The position numbers and the translations under genes are program-made. The notes beneath the pieces were generated by a model. The model saw only the letters and a list, made by a program, of their open reading frames with translations, did no database searches and had not been told where the DNA came from. Shown here one piece after another: positions 13,742-25,761 of a stretch of DNA of 64,000 bases. The DNA lies in assembly GCF_006345805.1 (NCBI RefSeq), contig NC_042998.1:162998001-163062000 (forward strand). Reading direction: 5' to 3'. Within the stretch, counting starts at the first letter, position 1, and every line of letters starts with the position of its first letter. The stretch comes from Octopus sinensis (taxonomy: Eukaryota).

Positions 13742-14240
13742 ATCTATGTTTTACAAAAGCCAGAGTGGACTTACATGAGCTGAAATAAAAGTTGAAGGAA
13801 GCTCCTCTCATTGTGTGGTAGAATGTGTTCTCTGTTGATACAGAAAGAACACATGGGAACATGTCTGATCTTCAAACTGAGGAAGAAACAAGAAAGCAGA
13901 CCAATATTTCTTTTATTACTGGCATGGTTTCTACAGCTGGATTCCGTTCATAACTAGCGAGTACTGTGTGCTTTATTTGTGGAACCAGCACCAGTGCTTT
14001 TAATGTGGCACCAGCACAAGTATATATAAAGATTATTATTATTATTATTATCATTATTATTATTATTATTATTTCTTATTATAAATTCTAAGGCAGCAAA
14101 TTGGTAGAAGTGCTATCATGCTTTCATCTTTACAGAGTCAATAAAATAAGTAACATTCGAATATTGGGCTCAATGTAATCAACTTACCTCCACCTTTAAA
14201 ATTTCTGGCCTTACACCAAAATTTAAAATAATTTTAATTA

Positions 14241-14600
14241 TTATTAACCCTGCACGTGTAAGTGAAGCAGGGTTATTGTAGTCACTTGTCTTTGTCTGTG
14301 TGTTTTCAAAATTACTGAAAAATCAGCAGAACAGATTTTCACCAAATTTGGCAGAAATATTTGTTGGGTGAGTGGCTCAAACTCATTAAATTAGTTTATC
14401 TTCAAAACTGACGGATGGGTGAATCAAAATGTTTTGTTTCTTTTTCTGTTGTATATGTATAATTGATAAACAGGTGAAATAACTGTTGATATCATTTTGT
14501 TGAAATATGGATTCGTTTGAGAATATATTTATTAGATTGAATTTTAATTTATCTTTGTGTGCATGCAGGGTATACATTGCACCTCCAATACATTTTTTCC
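14241..14600 (+). mobile_element. DINE-1/Helentron-like non-autonomous element
   Basis: ttattaaccctgc..gcagggtt terminal hairpin, then a tctgtgtg tract and a gattttcaccaaatttggca core. Confidence 0.45.
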
Positions 14601-14613
14601 CCCCATTATTATT

Positions 14614-15445
14614 AGCAGCATTTCGCCTGTCATTAAATTCAGAGTACAAATTCTGTTGAGGTCAACTTTGCCTTTCATCCTTTTGAGATCAATAAAAAAT
14701 GTACCAGTTGGGCATGGAGGTCAATGTAATTGATTAGCCCCCTTCCCCAAATTTCAAGCCTTGCGCCGATTGCATAAAAGATTATCATCATTATTAAAGT
14801 GGCAAGCTGACAGAACTGCTAGCATGCTGGATGAAATGCTTAGTAGTTTTTCACCCATTATTATATTCTGAGTTCAAATTCTGTCAAGGTCAACTTTGCC
14901 TTTCATCCTTTCAGGGTCGATAAATTAAGAACCGGTGAAACTCTGGGGTTAATGTAATCGACCAGTTGCCACCCACCAAATTTCAAGCCTTGTGTCTTTA
15001 GTAGAAAGGATTTGACAGAATTGTTAGCACACCAGGTAAAATGCTTAGTGGCATTTCATCCATCCTAACATTCTGAGTTCAAATTCCACCTTGGTCGACT
15101 TTGCCTTCCATCATTTTGGAGTTGATAAATTAAGTACCAGTGAAACACTGGGATCGATGTAATTGACTGGTCCCCTCATCACAATTTTCTGGTTTTGTGC
15201 CTTTAGTAGAAAGCATTATTATTATAAATTGGAGAGCTGGCAGAATCATTAGTACACCAGGCAAAATATCTAATGACATTTCATCTGTCTTTACAGTCTG
15301 AGTTCGAATTCCACTGAAACTGACTTTGCCTTTCATCCGTTTGGGGTTGATAAAATAAGTACTACTTGATTACTGGGGTTGATGTAATTGAGTTACCCCC
15401 TCCCCCTAAATTGCAGGCCTTGTGCCAAATTTTGAAATCATTATT
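14614..15445 (+). mobile_element. Head-to-tail cluster of four SINE family B copies (~215-bp period)
   Basis: Each copy has agctggcagaa..ttagc..ttctgagttcaaattc..actttgcctttcatcc..gataaa..taagtac..aaattt..ggccttgtgc..att; copies are mutually diverged. Confidence 0.85.
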
Positions 15446-15449
15446 GTTG

Positions 15450-15480
<31 letters not shown>

Positions 15481-15703
15481 AGATGTTTTTGCTGTTGTTA
15501 TTTCCCATCAGTCATTTACTTGTCGTATCTAGATATAATAATCAAAATTTCTTATTTTAAATGAATAAAAACTAACAACAAAAACAACTGTTATTCATTG
15601 TGTCTTTATTTACTTACTATTTTTGTTGTTATATCTTCCTTCAATTCATATATATTCATTTTGGTTGTTGTTTGTTTTATCATTATAGTTACTATTATTA
15701 TTA

Positions 15704-15768
<65 letters not shown>

Positions 15769-16068
15769 GAATGTATTTTTAATGTGAAATTATCAGTGAA
15801 ATGATAAGTTGTTTAATGGCAATTATCTCAGTCATTAAACCGTTCCAGATCAAACAAATTCTCTTCTTAGACCATTCACTAATTGGTTCCAGTGATGTAT
15901 GTTGATTATCATGACCACCATCCCCTGTCCTTGAGCCACCACCACCACTACTACTATTACTACTACTACTCCACCACTGCTTTGCTTTGAATGTTTTTCT
16001 ATGTGAGTCTATCTACATCTCTACACATAGTAATGATAGTAACAATAACAATGATAAAGGTAGTAGTA

Positions 16069-16114
<46 letters not shown>

Positions 16115-16118
16115 TTAC

Positions 16119-16161
<43 letters not shown>

Positions 16162-16649
16162 GTTATTATATTTGCCACAAGGTAGTACATGAGGGGACAC
16201 TGCAAAAACGTTGCAAAGATGTAGAGTATAGGAACATATATAGTAAAGCAAGCATGGAAACAATATAAAAGGGGCAATGAGCCATTTTTGTCACTAAAGA
16301 GCACAAATTCACTTCTCAATTTATTTCTTAATTTCTTTCTACTATAGGCACAAGCTTGAAATTTTTTGAGGATGCCAGTCAGTTGCATCTGTTCTTATTC
16401 TGTACTGCAGCACACTGCAATAATGCAGTATTTTCCATGTTGCTGAAATAGTTATTATTTGCCAGAATAGTTAAAATTATTGAAAAAAAAATTGCTGAAG
16501 ACAATCCTTGTTCAAATTACATCAAGATCAACTTTGCCTTTCATTCCCTCTGGCTTGATAAAATAAAGAACCAGTCAAGTACTGAGATCAAGGGTATCAA
16601 CTAATCCCCTCCCTTCAAAACTGCTGACCTTCTGCTAAAATCAGAATCG

Positions 16650-16684
<35 letters not shown>

Positions 16685-16754
16685 CTTCTTCTTCTTCTTC
16701 TTCTTCTTCTTCTTCTTCTTCTTCTTCTTCTTCTTCTTCTTCTTCTTCTTCTTC

Positions 16755-16827
<73 letters not shown>

Positions 16828-17055
16828 ATTATTATTATTATTATTATTAATAATAATAATATTATTATTATTATTTTATGTTTGACTTTTGCTTTACATT
16901 TGTACAAGTTGGCTCCAAGTCTCACCCAGAGACCTCAAGAGACAAAAAGTTAGAAGTTCATGTTGGTGTTATGCCTAGGGTGCCATATATTTGGTTTTGT
17001 ACATAGTGTTGTTCTACAGAATGTTTAAGAAACCATAAGAAAATTATGTGTTTGC

Positions 17056-17126
<71 letters not shown>
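16650..17126. repeat. Compound (GTT)n-(CTT)n-(ATT)n microsatellite with a ~180-bp unique insert at 16876-17056
   Basis: Directly visible. Confidence 0.9.
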
Positions 17127-17127
<1 letters not shown>

Positions 17128-17128
<1 letters not shown>

Positions 17129-17392
17129 GCATGGCTTAGTGGTTGGGATGTTGCCCTCATGATCACTAGATCCTGATTTCAATTCCTAGACCAGGTGGTG
17201 CATTGTGTTCTTGAGCAAAAAACACTTCATCTCACGTTGCTCTGCAATCACTTTGACACCAGACACATTGATTTGATGGAGAGAGTGAACTAATGTGTGA
17301 CCAAACATCTGATCACTATAAACAAATCAACTGTGCAGGTCATTTGGCAAAAGCTGAACACTTAGTTGTCATCTTCAACACAAGAGTCCATC
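17128..17392 (+). mobile_element. tRNA-derived SINE family C (tail variant 1)
   Basis: Head gcatggcttagtggtt..tcaattcctagacc..gtgttcttgagcaaaa; related copy at 26922-27190. Confidence 0.75.
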
Positions 17393-17399
17393 ATTATCA

Positions 17400-17800
17400 A
17401 TGGTTATTAGCACACTGGACAAAATGCCTAGTGACATTTTGTCTGTCTTCATGATCTGTGTTCAAATTCCAATGAGGTCAATTTTGCATTTCATCTTTTC
17501 GAGGTCAATGAAATAAATACAATTGAGCGCAGAGGTCAATGTCATTGACTACCCACATCCCACCAAATTTCAGGCCTTGTGCCTAAAGGAGAAAGAAAGG
17601 ATTTTTATTATTATTGAATGTGGCAAGCTGGCAGAATCATTAGTTTGCAAGACAAAATGCTTGACAACATTTCTTCTTGCTTTACATCCCGAGTTCAAAT
17701 TCTGCCAAGGTCATCTTTGCCTTTCTTCTTTTTGAGATCCATAAAATAAGTACCAGGTGAGCACTGGAATCAAACTAATTGACTTGCCTGGTCCCCAAAT
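17400..17800 (+). mobile_element. Two tandem SINE family B copies
   Basis: Same consensus as 14.6-15.4 kb. Confidence 0.75.
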
Positions 17801-20020
17801 AAGTGGAGTACACCTCCTCCTCTAAAGAAGCAAGACTCTCTGCTGAGAAAAAAACTCATTTGTGAAGGTGAGCTTATCCTTTTGAAGGAAAACCAGCTTC
17901 CTTCCCTAATGAAATTAAATTCACAGCCTTTAGTAAGACTAGCAAGCATCTAATATCTTATATGAAATACATCAGGAATTCTTAGATAAGGATAGAACAG
18001 GAAAGTAATGGAATCATTTTTATAACATCTTACCTATCCTATGTACCACATGTGATACTCTGGCATTTGTGCATCATATATGCTATGCATTCCCAATTTG
18101 TTTCACCCATCAGAATAACTTTGGACTTAGGAAGGGAAAACATTATATAACTCAACATATGAACAGGGGTTAACTGTAAGTCTGAAAACAAGCAAGGATG
18201 TTTAGGTCAAACTTATGGAAATGCTTAGGATAGGTTAAACAGTATAAAAAAAAGAGGAGAGAATATTACCATATTTGATAACATATAAGATGCACTTTGT
18301 TTTCATAAAGCTGCCTCAAGAAATCACCCTGAGTCTTATATGCAGGGTTGGACCTATATTACATGTTTTAATGAACTAAAAAAGCATTTTTTCCTTAACA
18401 TGCATTACTGAAATTGGGGTCCATGAAATATGCTCATATGTCTTTCATGCCATCAAATGCAGTAGATCAGAATTCAAACAGACAATACAAGGTGCTCATA
18501 GCTGTCTTCAGGGCATGACCCCTGATTTCTCTACTGCAACACAAAAGCTCCCCACAGAATATTCTGGAACCTTCAGGAAGTTAATTGAGAAGATGCTTAA
18601 TCAAGAATATTGACTGCTTTGATCAATTGCAAGTGAATCTTTTATTTTATGTTCCAATCAGAGGAAAAAAGTAAAAGATGGAAAATATGCTTTGAAGGCT
18701 TTTAGTCAAATCAATCCCAGTAGCTATTTTGTGTTTAAAGCTTGGTACTTGTTCTATTAGTTTCTCTTGCTGTACCTTATCCACTCAGATCTTAACAAAA
18801 AGATGTCCATTAAAAATAAGCAGCTGTGTTCTTCTTAATTTAAGTCAACTATCTTGGTTTCACTGTGAATATCGATTTCTGTCATGAGCACAAGGCCAGG
18901 ATTTTGGTCTGACCAAGACAATCGATTATATCAACTCCTGTTATTGACTGATACTTTATTTTATCTCTGAAACCACATTATCCAATCATGTCTTTTTTTT
19001 TTAAGGCAGCAACAACAAAGTGTTATCTGAAGGTAATTTGGATGCCATTTCTAGCAGGTAAATTGACCATGCATAAGTTCTTAATAACCAATAAACAAAG
19101 CTAGAATTTTTATATACTTCACCCATAAGCATAAGGGGGTTAAAAATGAGACAGTTTAAAACGTTCAATGAGTAAGTTAATGAACATTTCCCATGCTTGA
19201 GATGTTTTTTAAATATTCTGTTTAATAATTGTCTTGCTAGCTACATGTCTTTCCAATTGCTAACTACTGAAATTTGAAGCAGGGTGTAGGGCCTTTATCT
19301 TGTAAAAATCAACCAAAGTGAATAGAGCAAGAAGTGATTGCTGTTGGTGTTAAACCACAGACTGTGGCATAGTTACTGTATGTGCCACCCAAGGCCACCC
19401 TTGAGTTTACTGCACTCCCTTGCTCTCCACCCCCATTACAGGCAGACTCAAAAGTGCTGCCTTAATAAAAGTGCCAGATCCTTAACTTTGCTACTGGCTT
19501 CAGATCAGCTCTGACTGAGCAAACCTATCAAAGACTAAACACATTCCAACTGTAATCCTCCCATCTTGGTTTCAGGCATTAGTGTATCTAGGTTTATATT
19601 ATCTAACATGTCTCCCTATTTGTGTAGATATCAGAGTTTACTGAATAGTACAATGGTTATTATAACAATATGGTCAGTAAATTCAGCCCCTTAACCCCAC
19701 AACAATTGTATTCCCCCCACCCCATATATATGAAATATAAATTAGTGATAAAATCACTATTATGCAACTCAAACAGTGATAGACATAAACCAAAACATAA
19801 ATAACAAATAAAATATATTTTTATAAAACATATAACTAGATTTCAAAAAGTACAAAAATGAATAATCAATATATAATAAGTAAATAGCCCCTTGTGGGCA
19901 ATAAAGAAACAAATATATAATAAGTAAAAAACAATATTATATATGTGTGTGTTTGTGTGTATGTAGTCGATTCAGACAAAATAGACTAAACAGAACAGTA
20001 GTATACACTTCGATGGATAA

Positions 20021-20060
20021 GTCACTGAAGAGGTCACAGATGTGTGACGAAAGATTTCCA
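20021..20060 (+). ncRNA. Hammerhead-like core, degenerate
   Basis: CTGAAGA-G-GTCAC(AGATGT)GTGAC-GAAA with a perfect 5-bp stem II; stems I and III do not close cleanly. Confidence 0.4.
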
Positions 20061-20439
20061 GACAGTGGACATAAGATAAAATAAGAACAATAATAAACAA
20101 GTGAAGAATAAATATATAGTATGTGTGTTTATTTGGCAAGAAGGAAAGCATGACCATCATGAAATATAACCCACAACTTCACATCAAGAATCTGGCAAAA
20201 CAAATTCATAAACCTAATGGTGTGAGCCTCAGCCAGGCTAGCAAAACATTGAAAAACACTATATTTTGTTGTCTAAGATCATTACAACACATCAACTTCA
20301 GTTCATAAAACTGTGTCTCTCTTCCAGAATTTACACTAACATGGTCACTTACATATACATATATACACACACACATGCATACATATACATCCGAAATTCA
20401 ATTTATGGTAATGCAGATGTAATTCTTTTTTAAAAAAAG

Positions 20440-20710
20440 CAAGCTTAATTGATACATCAGCCATGTACCATTCTTGTGTCCAGGGGTCAGCCTGCCAAGA
20501 CTACCCAGTTCCTTGCATGTTATGTTGCATGCAGTTAACAATGTTCTTGTTTCCAGTCTATTCTGCAATGTTGTCAGCCTACAAGCATCTTTGACAATCA
20601 CTTGCTCTCTCCTCCTCTACTCTTCCTACCAGGATCATCTTGCTTTGCCTAGAATTTGTGAAAAAAATGGATCATTACAGTTCTTGTGATAAAGAAGTAT
20701 CTTTTCTTTT
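20440..20710 (-). mobile_element. Very old RTE-like LINE C-terminal fragment
   Basis: GRVEEERAS..QRCL*ADNIAE*TG resembles the RTE ending GRVEGKRGRGR..RWxDNIxEWTG. Confidence 0.35.
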
Positions 20711-21029
20711 ATATTCTTTGGTCTGTGGCCATGCTGGGAACATTGCCTTGAAGGGTTTTAGTCAAACAAGTTGACCCCAGTTGTCAAGCAATGGTAGGGA
20801 ACAAACACGTGCGCACACACACACACACCCACACATGTACACACTCACAAATATATATATAAATAACAGATGGATAATGTGTTAATTCACTACAGCTGTT
20901 TCCAATAAATTTTAAATGGATTAATGAACCACAACATTTAAAACATTCAAAAATTAATGGCAAATGCACCTTCATGATCCTATAAGCCTTACCTGGTTCA
21001 CTTGAATCTTAATCTTTTATGAACTGAGG

Positions 21030-21922
21030 ATATGCATAAGCTCGCAAGAAATGAAGCCAGTATGCTCCGATGGATGCGTAATGTCAGTGTTCATACTCGA
21101 CAGAGTGTAAGTACCTTGAGAGAAAAGTTGGACCTAAGAAGCATCAGTTGTGGTGTGCAAGAGAGATGTTTGCACTGGTATGGTCACGTAGCAAGAATGG
21201 ATGAAGATAGTTGTGTGAAAAAGTGCCACACCCTGGCGGTTGAGGGGACCTGTGGAAGAGGTAGACCCAGGAAACCTGGGACGAGGTGGTGAAGAACAAC
21301 CTTCAAACTTTAGGTCTCACCGAGGAAATGACCAGAGACTGAGACCTTTGGAAGTATGCTGTGCGTGGGAAGACCTGGCAGGACAAGTGAGACCATAACG
21401 TGTGGCCTCTACCTGGGACGTAGCCAGCCCACTTATGCATACTTTTCCTTCTTGTGACACAAACCCTACTTGTGAAGACCTGTGGAGGCAAGTGAAAATC
21501 GAAATCGAACTCTTTCAACATCAATGGAAATTGTAGCTGAGATACCGGTGGCACGTAAGAGAACCATCCGAACATGGCCGTTGCCAGCGCCGCCCCGACT
21601 GGCCTCCGTGCCGGTGGCACGTAAAAAGCACCATCCGATTGTGGCCGTTGCCAGCCTCGTCTAGCCCCCGTACCGGTGGCACGTAAAAAGCACCATCCGA
21701 TCGTGGCCATTTGCCAGCCTCGTCTGGCACCTGTGCAGGTGGCACATAAAAAGCACCCACTACACTCTCAGAGTGGTTGGCGTTAGGAAGGGCATCCAGC
21801 TGTAGAAATGCTGCCAGATCAGACTGGGCCTGGCACAGCCTTCTGGCTTCCCAGACCCCAGTTGAACCATCCAACCCATGCTAGCATGGGAAACGGACGT
21901 TAAACGATGATGATGATGATGA
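21030..21922 (+). mobile_element. 5'-truncated RTE-clade LINE: RT C-terminus, long 3' UTR, (GAT)n tail
   Basis: EASMLRWM..LHWYGHVARMDEDSCVKKC..VEGTCGRGRPRK(fs)WDEVVK; 3' UTR ends ccaacccatgctagcatgggaaacggacgttaaacgatgatgatg. Confidence 0.92.
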
Positions 21923-22520
21923 TGATATATATATATACATACACACACATATATATGCATATATATGATGGATTTCAACACAGTTTTTGTCTACCAAATT
22001 CACTCACAAGGTACTGGTTGCCCTGAGGCTATAGCAGAAGACACCTGCCCAATGTGCCATGGGCCATGCTGTGGGAGTGAACCCAAAACCATACAATTAG
22101 AAAAGGAATTTCTTAGTCACACTGCACTGCACCTATAAATATGAAGTTTGGCAGAATTTGATTTCAAAATATAAGAAGTTGGAACAAAAACTGTAAAGTA
22201 CTTTTACTGATGCTTAACATTTCTGCCAGCTTGCAGCTGTCAATGATGGTTTCAGATTTTGGCAGCCCAAGGCCAGTAATTTCGGAGAAGGGGGATAGTT
22301 GACTTATATCGACCCCAGTATTCGAAATGTATTTATTTTATCAACCCCAAAAGGCAAATCTGACCTGGCAGAATTTGAATTCAGAATGCAAAGAAGGATG
22401 AAATGTTGCTAAGCATTTTGACTAGCATGCTAACAATTCTGCCAGCTTGCTATCTTTGCCATTCTAAATAACAAAAATAATAAATTTAGTTGTGTCTAAG
22501 GAGAGTCATTATTTTTTTTT

Positions 22521-22920
22521 TTTTACTTGTTTCAGTCATTTTGACTGTGGCCATGCTGGAGCACCGCCTTTAGTCGAGCAAATTGACTCCAGGACTTATT
22601 CTTTGTAAGCCTAGTACTTAATCTGTAGGTCTCTTTTGCCGAACCGCTAAGTTACGGGGATGTAAGCACACCAGCATCGGTTGTCAAGCGATGTTGGGGT
22701 GGAGTGGGGGACAAACACAGACACACACACACACACACACACATATATACATATATACGACGAGCTTCTTTCAGTTTCCGTCTACCAAATCCACTCACAA
22801 GGCTTTGGTTGGCCCGAGGCAATAGTAGAAGACACTTGCCCAAGGGGCCACGCAGTGGGACTGAACCTAGAACCATGTGGTTGGTAAGCAAGCTACTTAC
22901 TACATAGCCACTCCTGCACC
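22521..22920 (-). mobile_element. SINE family A copy (young)
   Basis: Close to the family consensus. Confidence 0.92.
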
Positions 22921-22927
22921 TATTATA

Positions 22928-23049
22928 ATTATGCGCCAATATTATTAACACATGCACTGGTTCAATTCTAATCCTTTATTATTTGTCAATTCGTTAAATA
23001 TCCAACAAACTAATTGAACCAGTGCAAGTGTTAATAATATTGGCATAAT
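22928..23049. repeat. Inverted repeat, ~38-40-bp arms with a 44-bp spacer (MITE-like)
   Basis: attatgcgccaatattattaacacatgcactggttcaatt ... aattgaaccagtgcaagtgttaataatattggcataat. Confidence 0.85.
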
Positions 23050-23510
23050 GACTCTTCCTATACACAACAAAATTTATTTCAACACAAGAATCCATATAAA
23101 GAATCTTGCAAACCAGACACAAAAGCAAAGAAAATAAATTTAGTCTTAAGAAATAGTATTTAAATGATATTTGGATTTCAAAACAGACTATGTAAATCTT
23201 TGTTACACTTTACATTGCTCTCATTCCCTTTTCTCCTAATGATTAATAACACTTAGTCACATGTATTTATATGTGACAGAAATCCATTGAATCACATGCT
23301 CAAGACATTGCAACCGAGCCAGCAGTCGTCTCTCTTTCACTTGATTAAGCAAGTAATTAGTTATACCATTGAATAGGATTAATACCAATGCACTAGCTAT
23401 GATGCACTAATTAGAAATGGTTACAAATAATATTGTGATAATGTGTTTAATTATTATTATATTTGGTTAATAACAATGGCGTTATTAACACTATAAATGG
23501 ATTACAATTA

Positions 23511-23767
23511 TACATACATACATACATACATACATACTCATCATCATCATCATTTAGCATATAGATTCCCTGCTGGCATGGGTTAGTGTGTGTATGTGTG
23601 TGTGTGCGTGTGTGTGTGTGTGTGTGCGTGTGTGTGTGTGTGCGTGTGTAGTCTATCAGTTTACACACACACACACACACATACAGACACACACACACTA
23701 ACCCATGCCAGCAGGGAATGTATATGCTAAATGATGATAATGATGAGTATGTATGTATGTATGTATG
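23511..23767. repeat. Fold-back inverted duplication (microsatellites plus an RTE-tail fragment)
   Basis: (TACA)n-(CAT)n-ttagcatatagattccctgctggcatgggttag-(TG)n mirrored by (CA)n-ctaacccatgccagcagggaatgtatatgctaa-(TGA)n-(TATG)n. Confidence 0.9.
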
Positions 23768-23855
23768 ATAAATTAAGTACCAGTTGCATACTAGGGTCGA
23801 TCTAATTGACTGGTCTCCTCCCCCCAAATTTCAGGTCTTGTACCTAAAGTAGAAA

Positions 23856-23890
<35 letters not shown>

Positions 23891-25228
23891 TATCAGTTTA
23901 CACACACACACATATATATATATAATCAAAATGAAAGTAATTATCAATATTATTATCATTATCAGCATGAGTATAGCCTTAACAAAATCTTCACAGTGTG
24001 AGTATATAATAGCAACTTAAGTTCTTGCCAATGTAGTCATCAGCATCATTATCGTCCTTATCTTTGCTATTAACATTGATATTATCATCATCATCATCAT
24101 CACTGTCACCAACTTCATACTGGTGACAATTAACATCAGTGTTGTTGCAATTGTCACCACCAACACCACTTTTCCCATCATCATCATCGTCATCATCATC
24201 ATAATTGTCAACATCATGTAAGACATTCTCCACATTTTTAATTAATATCGTTTTAAATAAGATCAATGAAATAATCAGTAATGTAATGTAATGTTAATGT
24301 AATTATCAGAAAATGCAATTATTTGTTAATGAAATTACCAATAATATAGTGAGAATGGGTTCAGTCTGCCATCAGTGTGGAAAACCAGTGAAGTTTGAAG
24401 AGTCTGAATTCTTTGGAATTTCTCTCAAAAATTAGTATTTCCTTAAGATAACCTGGAGATGAGTTCTTTTGTTCTTTTAGTTGTTGCCATGTTCTAAATA
24501 TTCTTCATATAAGAAACAACTATTTTATTGTAATATAACCATTTAAAAAAATATTTTGGTGGTCCCTTAAGGAATAGTAAACACACAAGAAATGCATTCA
24601 TTCTGACCTATACAAGGAGAAATATTCTGAATAAGAAAAAAATAAATAAATATAAAAAAACAGTGAGGTAGGGTATGTTTGGTTGTTTACCTTGCTGAAA
24701 CTAATCAAGTTTCCTGCAAATCAGAACCTTCATAATCTTAAACAAGAGAAGAACAAACACTGAGTTAAGTATTTTTAGATCTACTGGAGAAAGGAAATCC
24801 ATCTATTGTCATGGTTAGATTGGTTCTTAGCAAAGATTTTCTCAGCCAAGGTTGATTTGGAGCTAAACACTACAAGAAGATTTGAATGCTTATTCATTTT
24901 GGTATGTCTCAAGGCTACATGGTCATGAATCCAGGGCTTATCGTCTGGGTTCTGAATGCATCTAAAAGGCTGAGAGAACATTACTCTGTCACCAGAATAA
25001 ACCCTAGCTGCCTCTGGTACATACTTTCATTTGGGTGGACTAGAAGAAAGGCAAATGAAGGACTTTGCTTAAGGAGACAACACATCACTTTGTTCAAGAA
25101 TCCGGATAATCATCTAACAATCAGGAACCTAACAGCCAAACAGCTATCCTCCTTATTCCTTTTTTTAATTTTTCATTTTATTTATTTGTTCAATTTTAAT
25201 TATTATTATTATTATTATTATTATTATT

Positions 25229-25761
25229 TAAGATGTCACATGGTATCCAGTTGATTGAAAATATTGTGTGAACCAATTTGTACTGTCTGTCAAGTTACAA
25301 CCTCAGACACACAGTGCTTTATGCAATATGTGCGCAGTTCCAAGCAATGCTCATTTTTGCAATACACCTAGATTGTAGGGTATTTCTAAAGTTTCCAGAT
25401 GTTTTTTTCAGAGTGGGTGGCAATGGACCTAATGCTCCAATGACAATAGGGACAATCTTTATGTTTGACTCTCGTAGCTGCTACATCTTGGCAGCCTCAA
25501 TTCTCAGGTCTCCATATTTATCTGTCTTTCCGCTTTCTTTCATGATAATATGTTGATCTCCTGCATTGCCACATCAATTATTAGGTACTCTTGTTTGTCT
25601 CTCCTAAAGGTTACTATACCTGGCCTTTGGTGCTTTAACACCACGTCGGTCTGGAAGTCAAAGACCCAGAGATTTTTGCCTTCCCCTTTTCATCCATTAC
25701 CTTTTCTGGTGTATGTTGGTACCAAGCACCCATTATCAAGTTTTGGGTTACCTTGTCATGG
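25229..25761 (-). mobile_element. 5'-truncated R4/Dong-like non-LTR retrotransposon (restriction-like endonuclease domain plus 3' UTR) in a (TAA)n array
   Basis: HDKV..WYQHTPEKVMDE..FDFQTDVVLKHQRPGIV..YLIIDVA..DKYGDLRIE..IVPIVIGALG..LQK*ALLGTAHILHKAL*; TAA repeats on both sides. Confidence 0.85.

Noticed and set aside
15598-16388. Poly-I/N/Y ORFs
   Set aside because: (ATT)n/(AAT)n repeats; also at 41.3, 42.7 and 61.2 kb.
18190-18250. GCLGQTYGNA*DRLN resembling a GIY-YIG motif
   Set aside because: Too short, and the surrounding frames give no further PLE motifs; left as unclassified old sequence.
21545-21760. CRISPR-like repeat-spacer array
   Set aside because: Eukaryotic LINE 3' UTR; the spacers are related to each other, the repeats are degenerate and there are no cas genes.
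24781-25254. Overlapping 66- and 122-aa ORFs as a host gene
   Set aside because: No recognisable domain, stops in nearby candidate exons; possibly very old LINE debris.
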